In this document: positions 58,913 through 64,000 of the stretch, in pieces
Numbering within the stretch: position 1 is the stretch's first letter
Layout of the letters: each line of letters begins with the position of its first letter
NCBI GenBank assembly: GCA_020184695.1
Contig: JAANOX010000106.1
Coordinates: forward strand, 1 to 64,000
Origin: Histomonas meleagridis 2922-C6/04-290x
Lineage: Eukaryota; Protista; Parabasalia
Direction of reading: 5' to 3'
Length of the DNA stretch: 64,000 nt
Position numbers and translations under genes: made by a program
Notes under the pieces: generated by a model
Told to the model about the DNA's origin: nothing
Seen by the model: only the letters and a program-made list of their open reading frames with translations
The model's database searches: none

Positions 58913-60175
58913 TTAAACTTGTGCGTACATCATTAAAAGCTCAGAATCTTGTCTCCTCCTTTGACAGAAGAACTTGAATAAAATAACAGCTAACAAAATA
59001 ATAACAACAACAACAAGGATCACAACAATGATAGTTGTCGCAGAAGAACCACTTTTTTCAGGAGTAGAACTTGATGATGATTCATCAGATGAAGATGAAG
59101 AAGATGACGACGAAGATGATGATTCGGGTTCTGGAGTTGGCGTTGACGTTGGCATCAGCTGCCAGCAAAATTCAGATGGTCGATTCTCGATATCCAATGT
59201 TTCATCGCCATTTTCGAAAACGCAGTTACTGTTTATATACACATATGTGGGGAAAGTGTAATCAGTTCTCTTGTGGCTGAACTTGCAATTTGCAAACATT
59301 GCATATTTATTGATAACATTCTTCGAGTTATCGTTAACAAAATAACAATAAGTGAAATCACTTTCTGTGTTACCGACATACAGAAGGTATTCGGTACCTT
59401 CGTTCTTGACGAAGTTAATTTTGGTGATTGCATCTGTAGATTTATAAATACAAAAAATGTTCTTGCATTTGCATTGTGAAAAAATCGAAAAGCTGATGGA
59501 ATTTATGGTGTTTCCTTCAAAAATATGTTTTGCATTTGGAAGATTAATGTATGAATAATTACAAAATCTAACTTTGAGATTAGAACTTGAAAAATAGGTA
59601 ACGGAATCACTGTCTTGAGAAACAGAGTTTGAGAAGTAAACATTTTCAACTGTTGCAGCGTTATTCAATGTTGTTTGGCGATAATATCCAAATGAGTGCG
59701 AGCTAGCACTACAACCATCAACACATGAAAGTGTAAGCTCAAAGTTAGTGCATTGGATATAGAATGAGCCACCAAGACCTTCTGATTGACAATTTGTAAA
59801 TCCGGATTTATCAATGTAAACGGAATAAGATGCTGAATTAACTTCAACAGCTCCACCATTAGCAGCAGAACGACAATTTATGAATAGGCATTTGGAAATA
59901 CTAAGTGTACTAGTTAAATCGCGAAAAGATTTTCGTTCAGAAATTAATTGCCCTTCAATGTTTTCACTATCAATACGTATTGGGGTTGATAAAGAATTTT
60001 GAAATGTTGTACTAGATATTTTTTTTAATGAATTAGAATTGAATACAGATGAATATAAAACGTTCGAAAAAAAAGAATTAAATATGGAATGCTTAATAAA
60101 TATGTTTCTATTTGATGCCAAAAATGGACTTCTTGAAAGGCTTGTTCCTGCAAAATAGAGAATTGTCAGATTCAT
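58913..60175 (-). CDS. Type I membrane protein with beta-helix (Pmp-like) ectodomain and Ser-rich stalk
   Basis: NGGAVEV and GLGGSFYI repeats with CxF/FxNC spacing, TPTPEPE-poly-Ser, TM and short basic tail. Confidence 0.72.
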   Translation of the reverse strand: MNLTILYFAGTSLSRSPFLASNRNIFIKHSIFNSFFSNVLYSSVFNSNSLKKISSTTFQNSLSTPIRIDSENIEGQLISERKSFRDLTSTLSISKCLFINCRSAANGGAVEVNSASYSVYIDKSGFTNCQSEGLGGSFYIQCTNFELTLSCVDGCSASSHSFGYYRQTTLNNAATVENVYFSNSVSQDSDSVTYFSSSNLKVRFCNYSYINLPNAKHIFEGNTINSISFSIFSQCKCKNIFCIYKSTDAITKINFVKNEGTEYLLYVGNTESDFTYCYFVNDNSKNVINKYAMFANCKFSHKRTDYTFPTYVYINSNCVFENGDETLDIENRPSEFCWQLMPTSTPTPEPESSSSSSSSSSSSDESSSSSTPEKSGSSATTIIVVILVVVVIILLAVILFKFFCQRRRQDSELLMMYAQV

Positions 60176-60578
60176 TAAAGAACTTGTTGAACAAATTCAA
60201 ATTTTACTTGTAAAGTATATTGAATGTTTTATCAAGCGGTTCCACAGAACTTGTTTGACCATATATACATACAATTTCATCATTTTGGGATGTCTAGACA
60301 ATTTCTTGAACTAGTCAAATTCAAAGTTTACATAATTTTTATATGCTTTACTTATGTGATTTGAACTAATATTTGGTCAAGAACCAAAATAAAAAGTGTA
60401 TTTGTAAAGTTATGAAATGTTATTGGAAAAAATTCATTTATCTTCTCTAATAAATAGAAGATTAAAAAAATTTCATCTGCATATCTTTAACATGAAGGAG
60501 TAAATAAAATTTGCAAATTTTTAAAGCTTATAATAGAATAATTTCTTCGTTCAAATTGACTAAAAAAAATTAACTGAT

Positions 60579-60857
60579 ATGTCAATTTCTAAACAGAAAA
60601 TGAAATCTGCTTCAAAAGAAAACTATCGAGACGAAAACTCAAATATACAGATAGGCGAAAAGAAAATTTGTGCAAATGATTATTGGAAGCAAATTTCAGA
60701 ATACAGTAGTCAATATCTTCAATATAGAAATGAAATCAAATCTTTACAAAAAAAATCAAATTCTAGCTCTCCGCTACTGCTCTTTCTCATGGCCATCATT
60801 TTTGTTTTTGCCATTGCTTTGAAATTTTTTGATATATCTTCTATTTATTCAAAATAA
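60579..60857 (+). CDS. Small tail-anchored membrane protein of unknown function
   Basis: 92-aa ORF with one C-terminal hydrophobic segment PLLLFLMAIIFVFAIALKFF. Confidence 0.45.
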   Translation: MSISKQKMKSASKENYRDENSNIQIGEKKICANDYWKQISEYSSQYLQYRNEIKSLQKKSNSSSPLLLFLMAIIFVFAIALKFFDISSIYSK

Positions 60858-61202
60858 GCATTTATTTTCCATAATTTTCGATTAAAATTGCATTAATAAA
60901 GTAATAGATACTCTGTTTATGTTTTTTTTTCTAAAACAAATATTTAAAATAATTCGTTATTTGCCGTTTTTTCTTTTGTCTGCTTTAACTTTGGGAAACT
61001 TTTTACTGTTTTTGGGTAAATTTTATCTGCATTAAGATTAATCTTTCTCTGTATGTTTATAGTGTATGTTTTTCATGAAAAACAATGAATTATTTATTAC
61101 TCAAATTTTGAAAATCTTTTTACCTAAAGTTTTAAAGAATTGTGAAATTAGATTTGACAAAAAATTCATATCTTAATAGTTAAAGTGTGCTAAAAAAAAT
61201 AT

Positions 61203-61889
61203 TTACTTTTTTTCCATTGCCTCTCTTTGGTCTCTAACAATTTGTGGAACCGCATCAAACTTATAAAAATCTGAAAAAGATGTTTGGAAGGCTTCATCAC
61301 CTACTGTTATCAACAAGTGCATTGCTGGTGTGAAGAAGTCCTGTGTTGTGGACCAAAATATTGGTGGATCTTCTCCAGGTGGAATTTTTGTTAATAGAGG
61401 CTCTTTATCTTTGCTTAATTCTGGGTTTTCTAACTCCTCTACTTGATACCCTACATTATCTAAAGCACGCATATTGATGTCAAATGTATATTGTGGGAAA
61501 TTGTATAGTGCAGATAATTGAGAAAATTCATAATCACTACCACGGGTATCTTGTCCACCTTCACATAAGATTGGCGAAACAACGCGAGAGCCAGCATCTG
61601 CTTTTACACGCTTAATAAGACCTTCAACTTCATTGATTTCAGCATCCATTCCAATAAGCATATTATTCCAATCAATAAGCTGGGTCATACAGCGCTTTGA
61701 AAGGCTCATTACATAATCTTGAATTTGATTTAGATCTGTCTCTAATTCATTTTTGATACTTTGTGTATTAAATGGTTGGTTTGCATCAAGTTGTGCCTTT
61801 AGAGCGTCTCCATGTTTATTAATATTTTTAGATACTTCTTCAGAGTTAGATAAAAGTTGGTCTATTCCTTCATTGTTGTTTTCGCTCAT
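61203..61889 (-). CDS. Coiled-coil protein, possible divergent Abi (WAVE complex) homolog
   Basis: First ATG 61889; helical N-terminus followed by YTFDINMRALDNVGY, resembling the Abi motif Y.R.PIDY..LDDVG. Confidence 0.45.
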   Translation of the reverse strand: MSENNNEGIDQLLSNSEEVSKNINKHGDALKAQLDANQPFNTQSIKNELETDLNQIQDYVMSLSKRCMTQLIDWNNMLIGMDAEINEVEGLIKRVKADAGSRVVSPILCEGGQDTRGSDYEFSQLSALYNFPQYTFDINMRALDNVGYQVEELENPELSKDKEPLLTKIPPGEDPPIFWSTTQDFFTPAMHLLITVGDEAFQTSFSDFYKFDAVPQIVRDQREAMEKK

Positions 61890-62099
61890 CTGTAAACTTC
61901 GAAAAGAGAACCGAAATAAAGTTCTGAAAATATTCAAAAGTGCTCAATGTGATTGATTTTCTTATGCAAATTATTTTTTACTGAAAATATTAAGCTTGAA
62001 ACATATTTTTATTTTCTATCAGGCTACTAATTAAATTCCTCAAGCCTTAATGTGTATATTAATAGCACATAGCTTAGATAGAATAACATTATTTATGAT

Positions 62100-62660
62100 T
62101 TATTTTGAGTCCACATCGCTTTTTTCCCTCTGAGGCGAAGGAGATCGAGATGAATAGCTGGGTGGTGATCGGCTCCGTCGCCGATAACGTGGTGGAGAAT
62201 CTCTTCTTCTTCTCGAAAATGTTCTGCTGCTTCTCCTCCTTCTTCTATCATAATCAAAATCGTCATAATCACTATAATCATCCCTTCTATGATATCTTCT
62301 TCTTCTATAATAATCATCATAATCAGAATAATCATATTCATATCTCCTTCTCCTCCTTTCTGGTGAGTTTGATCTGCGGGAGTATCGCCTTGAAGATCTT
62401 CTATCATCACGATCTCTTGAAATTTGATTATTTTTTGTTATTTCAATACTTAAAGTAGAGCCATCAATTTCAATACCTTGGCTTCCATCGATGGCCTTTT
62501 GAGCGGCGTCTTCTTCTTCATAATCAATAAATCCATATGATCTCCTTCCATAAGCTCTGGGAATTCTAACTTCTTTAATTGTTCCGTATGTTGAAAATTT
62601 CTCTTTTAGCATGTCTACGCTTGCTGTCTTTGGTAAATTGTTAAGATAAATCGAAGACAT
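62100..62660 (-). CDS. SR-family splicing factor (RRM + RS/RD-rich tail)
   Basis: IYLNNL and RSYGFIDY RNP motifs, then RRSSRRYSRRSNSPERRR..RRSRSP; first ATG 62660. Confidence 0.85.
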   Translation of the reverse strand: MSSIYLNNLPKTASVDMLKEKFSTYGTIKEVRIPRAYGRRSYGFIDYEEEDAAQKAIDGSQGIEIDGSTLSIEITKNNQISRDRDDRRSSRRYSRRSNSPERRRRRYEYDYSDYDDYYRRRRYHRRDDYSDYDDFDYDRRRRRSSRTFSRRRRDSPPRYRRRSRSPPSYSSRSPSPQREKSDVDSK

Positions 62661-62979
62661 CCAACGTAGCCTTTGAGATTGTAAAGCATTCAAAAATCAT
62701 ATCGTTCATACCATTGGCATTCAAAAATATTTTTCAAAACAACCAAAAGAAATTAAAAGTGATTTGATCTGTTCCATTGAAAATTCAATACCTTATCACA
62801 GTTCAAAAAATGGGTGATACAAGCCCACATGTTCATTCGTTTTATATAATGATGCTGGTATTAATAAGATGCAAATGGGTTCAAAATAAAGAGTTTTTGT
62901 TAAGTTTTAATAGAATTTAAGAATTATATAAAATTGATGAAACACCTTTTTTTTTTCACATGCCAAAGTATAAACTGAA

Positions 62980-63190
62980 ATAGTTAACTATTCACTTCTT
63001 TCACAAAAAGATATTGGCATTAGTGCTCAAGGTATTTTCTCGTTTTATTTTAATGGTTTACATTATTTCTCAAAATATCGATTAAACATCACTTATAATG
63101 GTATCTTTATATGTTCACACTGAAATAGTGGCACTTCTTCTTGAACAAGGAATTAATATAAATGTTATAGATATTTATAATTTTTATTTA
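62980..63190 (+). pseudogene. Degenerate ankyrin-repeat fragment with a 52-nt spacer
   Basis: KDIGISAQG, spacer 63034-63085, then TSLIMVSLYVHTEIVALLLEQGININVID. Confidence 0.5.
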
Positions 63191-64000
63191 ATACACTTTT
63201 TGACAATATGACATATTCAAAGAATGCTTAAAATTTCTAAAAAAAAATTCATAAAACATTTGTAGTTTCACTCTGAAGAATTAAATCATAATAATATTTT
63301 TCGAACCTAATTTAGTTGGCATTGTTACTAAATAAGATAATCAAAAGGAAGCTAAATCAAAAGCTTAAAGAAAATTTAATACAACTATATTGTTAATTAG
63401 CAATTTGATAAACTTGGAAAGAATTTAAAATTTTAATTATTCAACGAAATTTTTAATCTTTTATTCTATAACTTGTTGTATACTTCTAATTTTTTTTAAT
63501 TTATATGAGTAGTTAACATTAATTTGTAGTTTATATTTTTACATGATTCGATGAACCTTCGATAAAAAATAAATTTAAACGTACGAACCACATTAATATA
63601 AGAACGTTATTCCGTGAACATCTGTAAAACCAACTTCAAAAGATTGAGAAGATAAGCATAAAAAAAAGGTTGCTACATCAAACTCGAAATAATCTCATTC
63701 GAATTTAACAATTGTGGGAAACACATAAAGTCTTTATAGAAAAAATAGATTAATCAATTCTTACAAATAGTTAAATTCCTCAATATACAAATGTATAAAA
63801 AGGGAAGCCATACTTTATATTTTAATTAATCTCAGATCACTACAAGATTTTTGAGAAAAATTCGATTTGTTATCGTTTTTGATCTGTAGAAAATTTTTCT
63901 GGCTTTTTGGCATTTTATTGAAAAATTTGTGCCAACAAACCTTTTTTTCAAAGCGTCGCCACACAAAACGAAATTAACGTACTATGTAGCTGCCAAAATT

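Overview
AT-rich eukaryotic genomic DNA. The gene families (BspA-like TpLRR proteins, DUF3447/ankyrin genes, transmembrane PAS/adenylate-cyclase-like receptor, BTB-F5/8C protein, Pmp-like surface protein) point to a parabasalid (trichomonad, Tritrichomonas-like) protist; this is an inference. The first ~13 kb is a nest of decayed DNA transposons: Merlin with 254-bp TIRs and an 8-bp TSD, PIF/Harbinger-ISL2EU, a second Merlin, pogo with 361-bp TIRs, MULE, an rve integrase and a DD34D mariner. The rest mixes housekeeping genes (SUMO, RPLP0, tRNA-Phe, SRPK, B55-like, CK2-beta, SR protein) with expanded surface and ankyrin families, their pseudogenes and a second pogo element. Two signals stand out. 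(1) A secreted polyprotein at 35417-35917 looks like a multi-peptide antimicrobial precursor: two cecropin/cathelicidin-like helices and a 4-Cys hairpin peptide, each bracketed by Asn between acidic spacers. (2) Ankyrin-repeat genes have every repeat interrupted at the same position by a non-coding AT-rich spacer. Twelve spacers are exactly 80 nt, they carry a TTTG(G/A)A motif 20 nt before the next exon, and they lack usable GT-AG ends, suggesting an undescribed intron or recoding class. The ORF track uses TTG/GTG starts; first-ATG starts are given here where they differ. All functional calls come from motif recognition by eye, with no database searches.
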